Under the pieces are notes generated by a model. The model had not been told where the DNA came from. It ran no database searches and worked only from the letters and a program-made list of their open reading frames with translations. A program made the translations under genes and the position numbers. This document shows positions 1 to 12,302 of a stretch of 64,000 nucleotides of DNA, piece by piece. The DNA is from Candidatus Eiseniibacteriota bacterium (lineage in GTDB: Bacteria > Eisenbacteria > RBG-16-71-46): the NCBI GenBank assembly GCA_963744995.1, contig CAVUWA010000005.1, positions 320,001-384,000 of the forward strand. Direction: 5' to 3'. Within the stretch, counting starts at the first letter, position 1. Every line of letters starts with the position of its first letter.

Positions 1-135
1 GTCGCCGATCCACCGGAGCATCTCGCTCTTGACCGTCGACGGCTGCATATCGTCGGCGTGCGCGACAGGCAGGGCGCACGTGCCCGCGAGCATCAGCGCG
101 GCGAGCGTGGACCCGATCACATGGCGCAGGGACAT
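1..135 (-). CDS. 5' part of an exported protein (possibly DinB-like), truncated by the window edge
   Basis: GGAGGAGG RBS then ATG at 135; reads MSLRHVIGSTLAALMLAGTCALPVAHADDMQPSTVKSEMLRWIGD, with a signal peptide ending AHA; open to position 1. Confidence 0.6.
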   Translation of the reverse strand, partial: MSLRHVIGSTLAALMLAGTCALPVAHADDMQPSTVKSEMLRWIGD

Positions 136-300
136 GGGACCTCCTCCATGGGTTGGATGGCCGCCGCTCGCGCCGAGCCCGGCTCGGGGGGCCGCCCGTG
201 AAGGCGGCATCCTACCCGCCGCGCGGCCGTGCGGCCAGAGGCACGGGACGGCCGCCGTTCGGATCCGGCGCCGTCCCGTCGCTTTGCACGCCGTGGAAGA

Positions 301-1665
301 CTAGGCTCCCGCGGCGAACGCCTTCATCATCCGCACCACGTGGCGCGCGTGCTTGAGGTAGAGGTCGATGCGCACGTTCTCGTCGGGCGCGTGCGCGCGC
401 GTGTCCGGATGCCCGAGCCCGGCGCAGGCGATCGGCACGCCCAGCTCGTGGATGAACGCGTGGTTCGGACCCGAGCCGCCGATCATCGGCACGATCTGCA
501 TGGGCATGCCGAACACGTCGCGCGCCGTCTCCGCCACCATCGCGATAAACGGATCGTCGGGGTCGGTGCGGCCGGCGGGCTCGCCGCCGAACAGCTCGAT
601 CTCGACGTCCTCGAAGCCCTGCGCGTCGAGGTGCGCGCGCAGCCCCTTCACCACCTTCTCGGGGGTCTGGTCCGGCACCAGCCGGAAGTCCACCTTGGCC
701 GAGGCCAGCGCGGGCAGCACGGTCTTGGAGCCCGCCCCCTGGTAGCCCGAGGTGAGGCCGCAGATCGTGCAGGTCGGCACGAACACCTCCTGCTCGTGCA
801 GCGCGACGCCGCCCTCGACCCCGCGCAGGAACGACTTCACGCCGTAGCGCTCGCGGTATTCGGCGGCGTGGTCGGGGAGCGCCGCCATCAGCTCGCGGTC
901 GCGCGCCGTCGGCGGCTTCACGTCGTCGTAGTGGCCCGGAATCAGGATCTTCTCGTCGCGGTCCTTGAGCGTCGAGAGCGCCCACACCAGCCGCCACGCC
1001 GCATTGGCGATGATCGAGCCGCCGAGCCCCGAGTGAATGTCGATCTTCGCCGTCCGTACCGACAGCTGCACGTAGCAGATGCCGCGCAGGCCGGTGAACA
1101 GCTGCGGCACGTCGCGATGATCCACCGAGCCGAACTCCCACAGGCAGGCGTCGGCCTTGAGGCGCTCGCGCTGGGCGTGGACGAAATCGGCGAGGTGCAC
1201 GCTGCCGATCTCCTCTTCGCCCTCGACCACCCACTTCACCCGGCACGGCAGCTCGCCGTCGGCGTCGAGCAGCGCGTCGATGGCGTGCAGTCGCGAGACA
1301 AAGTGGCCCTTGTCGTCGCTCACTCCACGGCCGAACAGCCTGCCGTCGCGGCGCTCCGGGGCGAACGGCGGGCTGGTCCACAGGTCGAGCGGCTCGGCCG
1401 GCTGGACGTCATAGTGGTTGTAGATCAGCAGGGTCCTGTCCCCGGCGCCATCGCGTTCGGCGACGACGGCCGGCGCGCCGCCGGTCGGCAGGATCTCGAC
1501 GCGGAAACCGCGCCGCTCGAGCATGGCCGCGACCCGCTTCGCGCAGTCCTCCATGCCGAGGTTCTGCGCGGCCACGCTCGGCTGCGCGACGAGCGCCGAA
1601 AGCTCGTCGAGGCTCGCGTCGAGACGGCTTTCGAGGAAGCGATCACAGCGGGCGAAGTCGGTCAT
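301..1665 (-). CDS. M20/M25/M40 family metallo-hydrolase (ArgE/DapE/dipeptidase-like)
   Basis: Motifs YNHYDVQP, GRGVSDDKG, EGEEEIGS, HAPDEN; start MTDFAR after a GGAGG RBS. Confidence 0.9.
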   Translation of the reverse strand: MTDFARCDRFLESRLDASLDELSALVAQPSVAAQNLGMEDCAKRVAAMLERRGFRVEILPTGGAPAVVAERDGAGDRTLLIYNHYDVQPAEPLDLWTSPPFAPERRDGRLFGRGVSDDKGHFVSRLHAIDALLDADGELPCRVKWVVEGEEEIGSVHLADFVHAQRERLKADACLWEFGSVDHRDVPQLFTGLRGICYVQLSVRTAKIDIHSGLGGSIIANAAWRLVWALSTLKDRDEKILIPGHYDDVKPPTARDRELMAALPDHAAEYRERYGVKSFLRGVEGGVALHEQEVFVPTCTICGLTSGYQGAGSKTVLPALASAKVDFRLVPDQTPEKVVKGLRAHLDAQGFEDVEIELFGGEPAGRTDPDDPFIAMVAETARDVFGMPMQIVPMIGGSGPNHAFIHELGVPIACAGLGHPDTRAHAPDENVRIDLYLKHARHVVRMMKAFAAGA

Positions 1666-1853
1666 CCTGTTCCTCCGGTGAGCGTAGGTCCGGGTGCGGC
1701 GCCCGGCACGGATTGTCGACGGGACGGGCCCGGCGCGGGGCCCCGCGCCGGCGAGATCAATCCTCGCATTGCGGCCCCCGGGTCTGTAGTCTAGTCGCCG
1801 TTCCGGCCGACCACGATCGCATCGAGCGCCGACGCGCGCGGAGGTATGAAGAT

Positions 1854-3857
<2,004 letters not shown>

Positions 3858-4093
3858 GCTGCCGCGGACCGGCTTTCGCAGACGCCGGGCGCCGCGGCGC
3901 GCGGACCGCGTCGAGGTGCCCGAAAAGAGGGCCCGGAGATGCGGGGCGCCGAAGCATTGCGCCGGGCGAACCGCGCCCGAGCTCCAGTCGCCGGCCGGGG
4001 TGCGCTCGTCAGCGCAACGCGGGAGTCGCACCGGATGGACCGCAGGCGGCCGCTCTTCTATGCTGCCCGGGTCCCGAGCGCACGGAGGTGCCC

Positions 4094-4900
4094 ATGCCCG
4101 CAGGAATCCGACCCGCCGCCCAGCAGCGTTCGCTGGCGGTGTTCATCGACTTCGAGAACATCGCGCTCGGCCTGCGCGACGGTAAAGCGCCCTTCAACGT
4201 CGGGCGTGTGCTGGACCGCCTGCTCGAAAAGGGCAAGGTGATCGCCAAGATCGCCTATGCGGACTGGAATCGGTTCCGCGACTACACGCGCGATCTGCAC
4301 GAGAACGGCATCGAACTGATCGAGATCCCGCGCCGGGCCCAGACCGGTAAGAACTCCGCCGACATCCGCCTGGTGGTGGACGCGATGGACCTCAGCTGGA
4401 GCAAGGAGCACATCGACACGTTCGTGATCGTCTCCGGCGACAGCGACTTCTCGCCGCTGGTCGCGAAGCTCAAGGAGAACGGGCGGCACGTGATCGGCCT
4501 CGGGATGAAGGCTTCGACTTCGCCGCTGCTCGCCAACGGCTGCGACGAGTTCATCTACTACGAGGACCTCGAGAAGGGCGAGCCGCCGCGCGCGGCCGAC
4601 CAGAAGCCGCCGCAGGGCAAGGACGACGCTTTCCGGCTGCTGGTCGAGACGGTGCGTGCGCTCGAACGCGAGAACTTCGAGGTCATCCAGGCGTCGCTGG
4701 TCAAGGACACGATGAAGCGCAAGCGGCCGGCGTTCAGCGAAGCGGCGCTCGGCTACGGCAGCTTCAGCGACATGCTCGAAGACGCGCAGGAAGCCGGCAA
4801 GGTGACGCTCACCGACGACGAGAAGAGCGGCACCTATCTGGTGCGCGCGGTGCAGCGCAGCGGTTCGCGCGGCCGGCGACGGAGTCGCGTGAAGAGCTGA
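4094..4900 (+). CDS. NYN domain (LabA/DUF88) protein with C-terminal OST-HTH/LOTUS domain
   Basis: FIDFEN, GKNSADIRLVVDA, VSGDSDFSPL; C-terminal FSEAALGYGSFSDML; GGAGG RBS. Confidence 0.9.
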   Translation: MPAGIRPAAQQRSLAVFIDFENIALGLRDGKAPFNVGRVLDRLLEKGKVIAKIAYADWNRFRDYTRDLHENGIELIEIPRRAQTGKNSADIRLVVDAMDLSWSKEHIDTFVIVSGDSDFSPLVAKLKENGRHVIGLGMKASTSPLLANGCDEFIYYEDLEKGEPPRAADQKPPQGKDDAFRLLVETVRALERENFEVIQASLVKDTMKRKRPAFSEAALGYGSFSDMLEDAQEAGKVTLTDDEKSGTYLVRAVQRSGSRGRRRSRVKS

Positions 4901-5152
4901 GCCGCTAGAAGGGCGCGGCCCCGGCGCCCGGCTCGTTCCGCCCTCGGGCGGGCGCCCCGGCAGGCGCGGCGCCGATCCGGCAACCCGTCACCGGCCGATT
5001 CGCGTGCCGCGCAGCGGGTTCGCGCTCCGCGCGCACGCCCGTTTCGCTGCGGCGGCCCTTGGTGTTAGCCTCATCGTCCGCCGCGGCGGATCGAGCCTCC
5101 CGAGCGCCGCCCCGCAGCAGCTTCGCGGCCCCGTTCCAGGAAATCGGCATCC

Positions 5153-5665
5153 ATGCGAGTGGTCCTCTTTCGACACGGCCCGGCCGCGGACCGCGATGCG
5201 GTGCGCTGGCCCGACGACGGGCTGCGCCCGCTGACGCATCCGGGCGAGAAGCGCACCCGCGCGGCCGCACGCGGGCTGGCGAAGCTCGAACCGGGCGCGG
5301 AACGCATCATCGCGAGCCCGCTGGTGCGCGCGCAGCAGACGGCTGCCCTGGTGGCTGCCGCATACGGCCTGGAGGCCTTCGAGACCAGCGACGCGCTGAG
5401 CCCGGGGGCGACCTACCGGCGCACGATCGGCTGGCTCGAGTCGTGCGAAAACGAGCAGGTCGTGGTGCTGGTCGGACACGAGCCGGATCTCGGCAAGCTT
5501 GCGGGCACGCTGCTGTTCGGCGCGCCGGCCTGGATTCCGCTCAAGAAGGCGGGCGCCTGTGCGATCGACCTCGCCGAAGTGCCGGAGCCGGGTGCCGGGC
5601 GCCTGGCCTGGTTCCTGCAACCCAAACATCTGCGCCGCTGGTCCACCGGAAAGGAGAAGGTATGA
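5153..5665 (+). CDS. sixA: SixA-like phosphohistidine phosphatase (histidine phosphatase superfamily)
   Basis: LFRHG, RPLT, SPLVRAQQTA, LVGHEPDL motifs. Confidence 0.85.
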   Translation: MRVVLFRHGPAADRDAVRWPDDGLRPLTHPGEKRTRAAARGLAKLEPGAERIIASPLVRAQQTAALVAAAYGLEAFETSDALSPGATYRRTIGWLESCENEQVVVLVGHEPDLGKLAGTLLFGAPAWIPLKKAGACAIDLAEVPEPGAGRLAWFLQPKHLRRWSTGKEKV

Positions 5666-6360
5666 GTTCGGGCGGTACGTATGGAGCGAACACGAAACCC
5701 TACGCGGGCCGGCTGTTCATCGTCGAGGGCATCGACGGGTCCGGCAAGAGCACGCAGCTCACGCTGCTCGCGCAATGGCTGCGCAGCGAAGGGTACCCGG
5801 TCGTGTTCAGCGAGTGGAACTCGTCGCCGATCGTCAAGGCGACCACCTCGCGCGGCAAGAAGCGCAACCTGCTCACGCCGCTCACGTTCTCACTGATCCA
5901 CGCGACCGACTTCTCCGATCGCGTCGAGCGCGAGATCGTGCCCTCGCTCAAGGCAGGCGCCATCGTACTCGCCGATCGCTACGTCTACACCGCCTTCGCC
6001 CGCGACGTCGTCCGCGGCGTGGACCGTGGCTGGGTGCGCTCGCTGTACCGTTTCGCCCCGGTGCCGACGCGTGCGTTCTATTTCCGCGTTCCGCTCGAGA
6101 CGGCGCTCAAGCGGATCCTCGCGGGGCGCCCGAAGCTCAAATGGTACGAAGCGGGCATGGATCTCGGCCTCTCGGCGGACGTCCACGAATCCTATCGGCT
6201 GTTCCAGTCGCGGATCCTGGTCGAATACGAGACCCAGGTGCAGGAGTACGGGCTGCACGTCATGGACGCGACCCGGCCGGTCGAGGTGCAGCAGCGCGAG
6301 CTGCGCGCCGCGATCCGCCCCCACCTCCCCGAACTCGTGCCGGGGGCGCTCACCCGATGA
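5662..6360 (+). CDS. Thymidylate kinase-like P-loop kinase, copy 1
   Basis: EGIDGSGKSTQ P-loop, LADRY motif; ATGA overlap with the sixA stop. Confidence 0.85.
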   Translation: MSSGGTYGANTKPYAGRLFIVEGIDGSGKSTQLTLLAQWLRSEGYPVVFSEWNSSPIVKATTSRGKKRNLLTPLTFSLIHATDFSDRVEREIVPSLKAGAIVLADRYVYTAFARDVVRGVDRGWVRSLYRFAPVPTRAFYFRVPLETALKRILAGRPKLKWYEAGMDLGLSADVHESYRLFQSRILVEYETQVQEYGLHVMDATRPVEVQQRELRAAIRPHLPELVPGALTR

Positions 6361-7088
6361 ATGCATTCGAATCCCACGGCATCGGTATTCCCATGGTGGA
6401 TCCGGTCGAGCTCTCGGGCTGGCTGATCGTCATCGAAGGTCCCGACGGCGTCGGTCGCACCACGCACATCAACCTGTTGCGCGAGTACCTGGAGCGCAAG
6501 GGCTACGCGGTCGCCGAGACCGGCTTCACCCGCTCCGACCTCGCCAGCCGCGGCATCCGTCGCGCCAAGCAGGGCAACACGCTCGGCACCAACGCCTTCA
6601 ATCTGTTCTACGCGACCGATTTCGCCGACCGGCTCGAGCATCAGATCGTGCCCGCGCTGCGCTCGGGCTTCGTGATGCTCACCGACCGCTACATCTATTC
6701 GCTGATCGCGCGCGCGATCGCACGCGGCGCCGACCCCGACTGGATCAAGAAGGTGTACGGCTTTTCGCTCAAGCCCGACGCGGTGTTCTACCTGCGCGTC
6801 GGCGTCGAAGAGCTGGCGCGGCGCGTGATCTACTCGCGCGGCTTCGACTACTGGGAATCGGGCATGGACCTGCCCATGGGCGAGGATCTCTACGAATCGT
6901 TCATGAACTACCAGACCCGCGTGATCCACGAACTCGACGACCTGTCGCGTGAATTCGGGTTCCACGCCATCGACGCGATGCGCAGCGTGGAGGACATCTC
7001 GCGCGAGCTGTGCGCCGATGTCCTGCAGGTGCTGGAGACGCCGCGCCGTACCGGCGCGAGCGGAAACGGACAGGTGCAGCGAACGTGA
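6357..7088 (+). CDS. Thymidylate kinase-like P-loop kinase, copy 2 (variant P-loop)
   Basis: EGPDGVGRTTH, LTDRY, KPDAVFYL; ATGA overlap with copy 1. Confidence 0.85.
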   Translation: MNAFESHGIGIPMVDPVELSGWLIVIEGPDGVGRTTHINLLREYLERKGYAVAETGFTRSDLASRGIRRAKQGNTLGTNAFNLFYATDFADRLEHQIVPALRSGFVMLTDRYIYSLIARAIARGADPDWIKKVYGFSLKPDAVFYLRVGVEELARRVIYSRGFDYWESGMDLPMGEDLYESFMNYQTRVIHELDDLSREFGFHAIDAMRSVEDISRELCADVLQVLETPRRTGASGNGQVQRT

Positions 7089-8002
7089 ACGGACCGGTGC
7101 CGCCCGAGGCGGTGGCGCGGATCGGAACGGACGTCGACCGCCTGCTGAGAAAGCTCGAAGACGCCGCGCGTCGCGTGCGCGAAGCCGTGGACGCTGAGGC
7201 CACGCACGACGTGCGCGTCGCGACGCGCCAGCTCGACGCCCTGCTCGACGTGTGGCGCGATCATCTGCCGGACGGGCGCCGGCGCCGCGCCCGGCGTGCC
7301 CTGCGCGGGCTGCGGCGGGCGCTGGGGCCGGCGCGCGAGCGCCGCGTCGCGATCGAACTGCTGCGCAACCGGCTGCCGTCGCTCGCCCCCGGCCTCCAGG
7401 CCGGTGTGGGCCTGCTGATCGAACGCTGGGAGCGCACGCTCGAGGCCCTGGAGCGCGATGCGCGCTCCGCGTGCCGGCGCCGTCGGGTGCGGCGGATCCG
7501 GCGCCGGATCGAGCGCGCCACTACCGGCGTCGTCGGCTCACCGCGCGCGGCGGGCCCGCTCGTCCGTGACGGCCGCACCCGGGTGTCGACGCGCGAACGC
7601 CGCGCCATCGAGCGCGTGAAGCGCGCGCTCCACTCCCCCGCCGACCGCGTTCTGCACGCCGCGCGCGTGGCGGTCAAGCGCTGGCGCTATGCGATCGACC
7701 GGCTGCTCGCCGCCGACCCACAGGCCCCCGCCGGGCATCGCGACACCCTCGTGCTCCTGCAGCGCGCACTCGGCCGCGTCAACGATCTGGCGGTGCTGCG
7801 CGACGACGTGGATCCCGTGCGCAAGCGCCTCGAGATGCTCGGCATCCCGCATGGCGCGGAAGCGTTCGGCACGCTGCACGCCGGACTCGAGGCGGAGCGC
7901 CGCGCGGCGGTCGAGGATTTCGTCCGGATCGTCCGGGCGTCGGAGCTCGCCGATCCGCGGGTCCTGCCGCTCGACCCGCCGCGCCGCTCGGGCGGCGCCT
8001 GA
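7085..8002 (+). CDS. CHAD domain (polyphosphate-binding) protein
   Basis: Two His motifs, HDVRVATRQL and LHAARVAVKRWRY, plus LQRALGRVND; Arg-rich; GTGA overlap with the upstream stop. Confidence 0.85.
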   Translation: MNGPVPPEAVARIGTDVDRLLRKLEDAARRVREAVDAEATHDVRVATRQLDALLDVWRDHLPDGRRRRARRALRGLRRALGPARERRVAIELLRNRLPSLAPGLQAGVGLLIERWERTLEALERDARSACRRRRVRRIRRRIERATTGVVGSPRAAGPLVRDGRTRVSTRERRAIERVKRALHSPADRVLHAARVAVKRWRYAIDRLLAADPQAPAGHRDTLVLLQRALGRVNDLAVLRDDVDPVRKRLEMLGIPHGAEAFGTLHAGLEAERRAAVEDFVRIVRASELADPRVLPLDPPRRSGGA

Positions 8003-8036
8003 CCGGCACGGACGGCCCGCAGCCGCGATTCGAACT

Positions 8037-9674
8037 CTAGGCGCTGTCGCGTGCGGTGCGGCGGCGCCCCGACGCCTGCGCGCCGCGGGCCGGTGTGACG
8101 CGCACCTGTTTGCCGCACAGCTTCTCCAGCGCGTCGACGCGCCGGCGCGCGGCCCAGATCTCGAGGCGCGCGCCGCGCCGGACCTCGAGCCGGATGGTGA
8201 TCCCGCCGCTGCGGCGGATCACGCGCAGGTTCTGCACCAGCTGATAGTGGCTGCGGTCGAGGCCCTCGGCGATCCTGAGCAGCGCCGACATCCAGCGCAG
8301 CGCGCGGCGCCGCGGCTTGTCGAGCGCGGCGTAGTGCGGGTCGCGCTTCCGCGGCCGCGCCTTGCCGTGGTAGCAGGCGATCAGCGCGATCATTTCGACC
8401 TCCGGCGCGGTGAGGCCGCGCAGATTGCCGTTGCGGATGATGTAGGCGGAGTGCTCCGCATGGCCGTCATGGCCGATCACTGCGCCGACGTCGTGCAGCA
8501 ACGCAGCGTAATGCAGCAGCTCGCGGTCGCCTTCGCCGAGCCCATGCAGGCGACGCATCCCGTCGAACAGGCCGAGCGTCATCCGGGCGACGTGTCGGGC
8601 GTGGGCGAGGTGGCGCGGTTCCGGCTGGAACTTCTGCAGGAGCTGCAGCACGCTGCGATGGCGCAGGTCCTCGACCTGGCCGACGGTGTCGATCTCGCGG
8701 ACGTTGGCCGACAGATAGTCGGTGACCAGCCCCTCGCGCACGCCGAAGTCCGACAGGACGATGCCCTCCGCCTCCACCGCACGCAGCACGTGCTGCAGCA
8801 CCATCCCGCCCGCAACGATGATCTCCGCGCGCCGTGCGTCGAGCCCCTGCAGGTGTTCGAGTTCCGCATGGCTCATGCGCCGCAGGCGCCGCATGAGCTG
8901 CTCGAGCGCATCGAGCGCGAGAACATGGCCGTTGAGGTGCGCGATCGGCCCACCGTGTTCGGCGTGGTGCGCGAGCATGGCGAGCGCGTGAATCGATCCG
9001 GACGAACCATAGACGCGCGCGGGTTCGTGGGCGATCACCTGTTCGAGGATCCCGTCTGCGCGCTTGCGGATGTGATTCGACAATCGCGTGAGTTCGCGGC
9101 GTGTGGGCGGATCGGAGCCGAGCCGCGTCTCGGACAGCCTGAGCGCCCCGAGCGGCGCGCTCAGGGTCTCGATCAGCCGGTCGCGGTTGGCGACCACGAG
9201 CTGCATGCTGCCGCCGCCGATGTCGACGATCAGGCTCGGCTGCTCGTCGAGCTGCAGCGCGCTCTTCACCGCGAGCCAGATGAGCCGGCACTCCTCCTCG
9301 GGAGGAATCACCCGTGGCGCGATGCCGGCGGTCTCGCGGGCCGCCTGAATGAACGCTCCGCCGTTCGCCGCCTCGCGAACCGCGGCCGTCGCGGTGCAGA
9401 GAATGCGGTCGACCTGGCGCCGGCGGGCGAGATCCACGAAGCGCGCCAGTGCCTCGACGGTGCGGCGGATCGCGGCCGTCCGCAGCCGCCCCGCCTCGAA
9501 CGAGCCGCGTCCGATCTGTACGACCTCGCGCTCGCGATCGACGAGTTCGAATCCGGACGCGCCGGTGGCGCGCGCGATCACCATGTGGATCGAGTTGGTG
9601 CCGATGTCGATGGCGGCGAGACGCAGCCCGCCCGTGCCGGAGGCGTTGGTCCGCAGTCGAAGGGTCTCGCTCAT
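8037..9674 (-). CDS. ppx: Ppx/GppA exopolyphosphatase with HD domain
   Basis: AIDIGTNSIH, ATAAVREAAN, VDIGGGS, GVREG, ALLHDVG. Confidence 0.92.
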   Translation of the reverse strand: MSETLRLRTNASGTGGLRLAAIDIGTNSIHMVIARATGASGFELVDREREVVQIGRGSFEAGRLRTAAIRRTVEALARFVDLARRRQVDRILCTATAAVREAANGGAFIQAARETAGIAPRVIPPEEECRLIWLAVKSALQLDEQPSLIVDIGGGSMQLVVANRDRLIETLSAPLGALRLSETRLGSDPPTRRELTRLSNHIRKRADGILEQVIAHEPARVYGSSGSIHALAMLAHHAEHGGPIAHLNGHVLALDALEQLMRRLRRMSHAELEHLQGLDARRAEIIVAGGMVLQHVLRAVEAEGIVLSDFGVREGLVTDYLSANVREIDTVGQVEDLRHRSVLQLLQKFQPEPRHLAHARHVARMTLGLFDGMRRLHGLGEGDRELLHYAALLHDVGAVIGHDGHAEHSAYIIRNGNLRGLTAPEVEMIALIACYHGKARPRKRDPHYAALDKPRRRALRWMSALLRIAEGLDRSHYQLVQNLRVIRRSGGITIRLEVRRGARLEIWAARRRVDALEKLCGKQVRVTPARGAQASGRRRTARDSA

Positions 9675-9738
9675 GTCGGGATTATCGGCCCCGGCCGCCG
9701 TGCAGCCAACCCCGACGTGCCCGCCGTGGCCGCGGCGA

Positions 9739-10563
9739 TCACCGGCCCTTTTCGAGGCGCGCTTTCAGGCGTTCGACGTCCAGTTCGACGCGCTCGGGCT
9801 TCGGGTCCATCGCCTCGAGGCGGTCGGCCACGATCTGCGAGACGGCGAAGTTGCGGTACCACTTCGCATCGGCCGGGATCACGTACCAGGGCGCGTGCTT
9901 CGTGCTGCAGCGAGCGAGCGCGTCCTCATAGGCGCGATGGTAGCGCTTCCAGTAGCGGCGCTCCTCGATGTCGCCGGCGCTGAACTTCCAGTGCTTCGCC
10001 GACTCGTCGAGGCGTGCCAGCAGACGCTGCTTCTGTTCCTTGCGGCTGATGTGGAGGAAGAACTTGAGCACCGTGGTGCCGTGCTCGTGCAGGTGTTCTT
10101 CGAAGCGGTTGATGCTGCGGTAGCGCCTGGACCACACCGCGCGCGGTACGAGGTCGTGGACGCGGACCACCAGCACGTCCTCGTAGTGCGAGCGGTTGAA
10201 GATCGCCACTTCGCCGCGCGCCGGGACGGCCTGATGGATGCGCCAGAGGAAGTCGTGCGCGGCCTCGAGGGGTGTCGGCACCTTGAACGGCGTCACCCGG
10301 CAGCCCTGGGGATTGAAGGCGGTCATCACCTTGCGGATCAGCCCGTCCTTGCCGGCGGTGTCCATCCCCTGCAGCACGATCAGCATCGAGCGGCGTCCCT
10401 CCGCATGAAGCAGGTACTGGAGCCGGTCGATGCGCGCGAGGTTCGCTTCCGTGCGCGCCTCCGCATCCGCGCGCCCCTTGCAGCCGGGCGTCGAATCCGG
10501 ATCCCAGTGAGCGAGGCGCACCTTGCGTCCACCGGCTCTGAGCTTGCGGGCGATGTCGGTCAA
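9739..10563 (-). CDS. ppk2: Polyphosphate kinase 2 family, class III-like (polyP:nucleotide phosphotransferase)
   Basis: LQGMDTAGKDG Walker A, FKVPT, HDFLWR, FNRSHYEDV, APWYVIPADAKWYR; TTG start after AAGGAGG. Confidence 0.92.
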   Translation of the reverse strand: MTDIARKLRAGGRKVRLAHWDPDSTPGCKGRADAEARTEANLARIDRLQYLLHAEGRRSMLIVLQGMDTAGKDGLIRKVMTAFNPQGCRVTPFKVPTPLEAAHDFLWRIHQAVPARGEVAIFNRSHYEDVLVVRVHDLVPRAVWSRRYRSINRFEEHLHEHGTTVLKFFLHISRKEQKQRLLARLDESAKHWKFSAGDIEERRYWKRYHRAYEDALARCSTKHAPWYVIPADAKWYRNFAVSQIVADRLEAMDPKPERVELDVERLKARLEKGR

Positions 10564-10589
10564 GAACGCCTCCTTCGCACGGCGGCCGG

Positions 10590-10631
10590 AAAACGAAAGG
10601 GACGCCGTTCCGCGTGGGCGGAGGGCGTCCC
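10590..10631 (-). terminator. Putative intrinsic terminator after the DEAD-box helicase
   Basis: Minus-strand GGGACGCC...GGCGTCCC stem followed by TTTCGTTTT. Confidence 0.6.
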
Positions 10632-10650
10632 GTGAATCAGGGGCTCGCGG

Positions 10651-12033
10651 CTACATGCGCCGTCGATTCCGCCGATCGGACACGTTACGACGTCTCGGCC
10701 GCCCGTGCACGGACTCGGCCGCGCTGTCGGTGCCCGCACCCCCGCCCCCGCCATCGCCGTGAGCGGCAGCGCCGACCGATGCCGTGGCGGCGCCGTTCCG
10801 GGCGTTCGAGTGCGAGTCGTAGGCCCGCACGACGCGGTAGGCCGTGCGGCCGGAACCGCCGCGCTCGCGCCCGCGTGATTCTCTTTCACGCGGCGCCTTC
10901 TCGGCACGCTTCGAGTAGTCGAAGTCCTTCACCTTGAGTCGCTCGACGCGCCGTCCGATGGAGCGCTCGATGGCCTGAGCGTCCTTCTCTTCGGCCGGCG
11001 AGACGAACGTGATGGCGTCGCCGGTCGCGTCCATCCGTCCGGTGCGGCCGATACGATGCACGTAGTCCTCGCTGCTGCGGGGCACGTCGAAGTTGACGAC
11101 ATGGGTGATGCCCGTGACGTCGATGCCGCGCGAGGCGATGTCGGTCGCTACCAGCACCGAGATCCGGCCGCGCTTGAAGTCGCGCAGTGCCCGTTCGCGC
11201 TGGCTCTGGCTGCGGTCGCCGTGCAGGGGCGCCACCGAGTGGCCCATGCTCTTCAGCCGCCGCGCGAGCCGCTCCGCGCCGCGCTTGGTGCGGGCGAACA
11301 CGATCGAACAGGGGTCTTCTTCGTCGGTGAGGAGCCGGTCGAGCAGCTCGATCTTGAGGTGGCTCGGCACGGGGTAGAATGCCTGCGAGATCGCCGAAGC
11401 CGGCTTGGTCGGCGACGACAGCTCCATGTGCACCGCACGGTGCAGCGCGGCCTTGGCCACGCGATTGACCTCGGGCGGCATCGTCGCCGAGAACATCAGC
11501 GTCTGCCGCTTCACCGGCAGCAGCTTGAGGATGCGCTGCAGATCGGGCGCGAAGCCCATGTCCACCATGCGGTCGGCTTCGTCGAGCACCAGCACTTCGA
11601 CTTCGTCGAGGCTCACCGACTGGCGCTCGTGCAGATCCAGCAGCCGGCCCGGGGTCGCGACGAGGATCTCGACGCCTTCGTGGCGCAGGATGCGTTCCTG
11701 CGGCGCGATCGGGACACCGCCATAGACGGCGCAGACCCGCAGCCCGGTGTAGCGGGCGTAGCGGCGGCCGTTCTCCTCGACCTGGGCGGCCAGCTCGCGG
11801 GTCGGCACCAGCACGAGGCCGCGCACGGCGCGATGGCCTTCGAGCAGCCGCGCGAGCATCGGCAGCAGAAACGCGGCGGTCTTGCCGCTGCCGGTCTGGG
11901 CCGCGGCGACGACGTCGCGGCCGGTGAGAATTTCGGGGATCGCCTTTTCCTGAACGGGCGTGGGAACGGTGTAGCCGGCTGCACGGACGCCACGGACGAC
12001 GGACTCGGGCAGGCCGAGAGACTGGAACGGCAT
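10651..12033 (-). CDS. DEAD-box RNA helicase (RhlE-like)
   Basis: Q motif PTPVQ, AQTGSGKT, PTRELA, TPGRL, DEAD, SAT, HRIGRTGR; basic C-terminal tail; AGGAG RBS. Confidence 0.95.
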   Translation of the reverse strand: MPFQSLGLPESVVRGVRAAGYTVPTPVQEKAIPEILTGRDVVAAAQTGSGKTAAFLLPMLARLLEGHRAVRGLVLVPTRELAAQVEENGRRYARYTGLRVCAVYGGVPIAPQERILRHEGVEILVATPGRLLDLHERQSVSLDEVEVLVLDEADRMVDMGFAPDLQRILKLLPVKRQTLMFSATMPPEVNRVAKAALHRAVHMELSSPTKPASAISQAFYPVPSHLKIELLDRLLTDEEDPCSIVFARTKRGAERLARRLKSMGHSVAPLHGDRSQSQRERALRDFKRGRISVLVATDIASRGIDVTGITHVVNFDVPRSSEDYVHRIGRTGRMDATGDAITFVSPAEEKDAQAIERSIGRRVERLKVKDFDYSKRAEKAPRERESRGRERGGSGRTAYRVVRAYDSHSNARNGAATASVGAAAHGDGGGGGAGTDSAAESVHGRPRRRNVSDRRNRRRM

Positions 12034-12302
12034 GAATACTCCTGAATGCGAGAATCGCGGTAAGCGGCCTGGAAGGCGAGCTGCGCGGCCGCCCGACGGC
12101 GCGGGGTGCGCCTCGTGCGGTGGCCGCTGATCAAACGCGCGCCGCCTTGCATGCGCTGCCGAACCGGCTGGGGCGCCACATCCCCGCTGCTGCGGGGGGC
12201 GATTGCCGGCTTCTCTAAAAGAGGGTCCCGGTCCTTGCGTTGACCGGTCGTCGGAAGCCATCCGGCCTGCATGGCCGGGTGTTCTCGAGTCGATGGGGGG
12301 TC

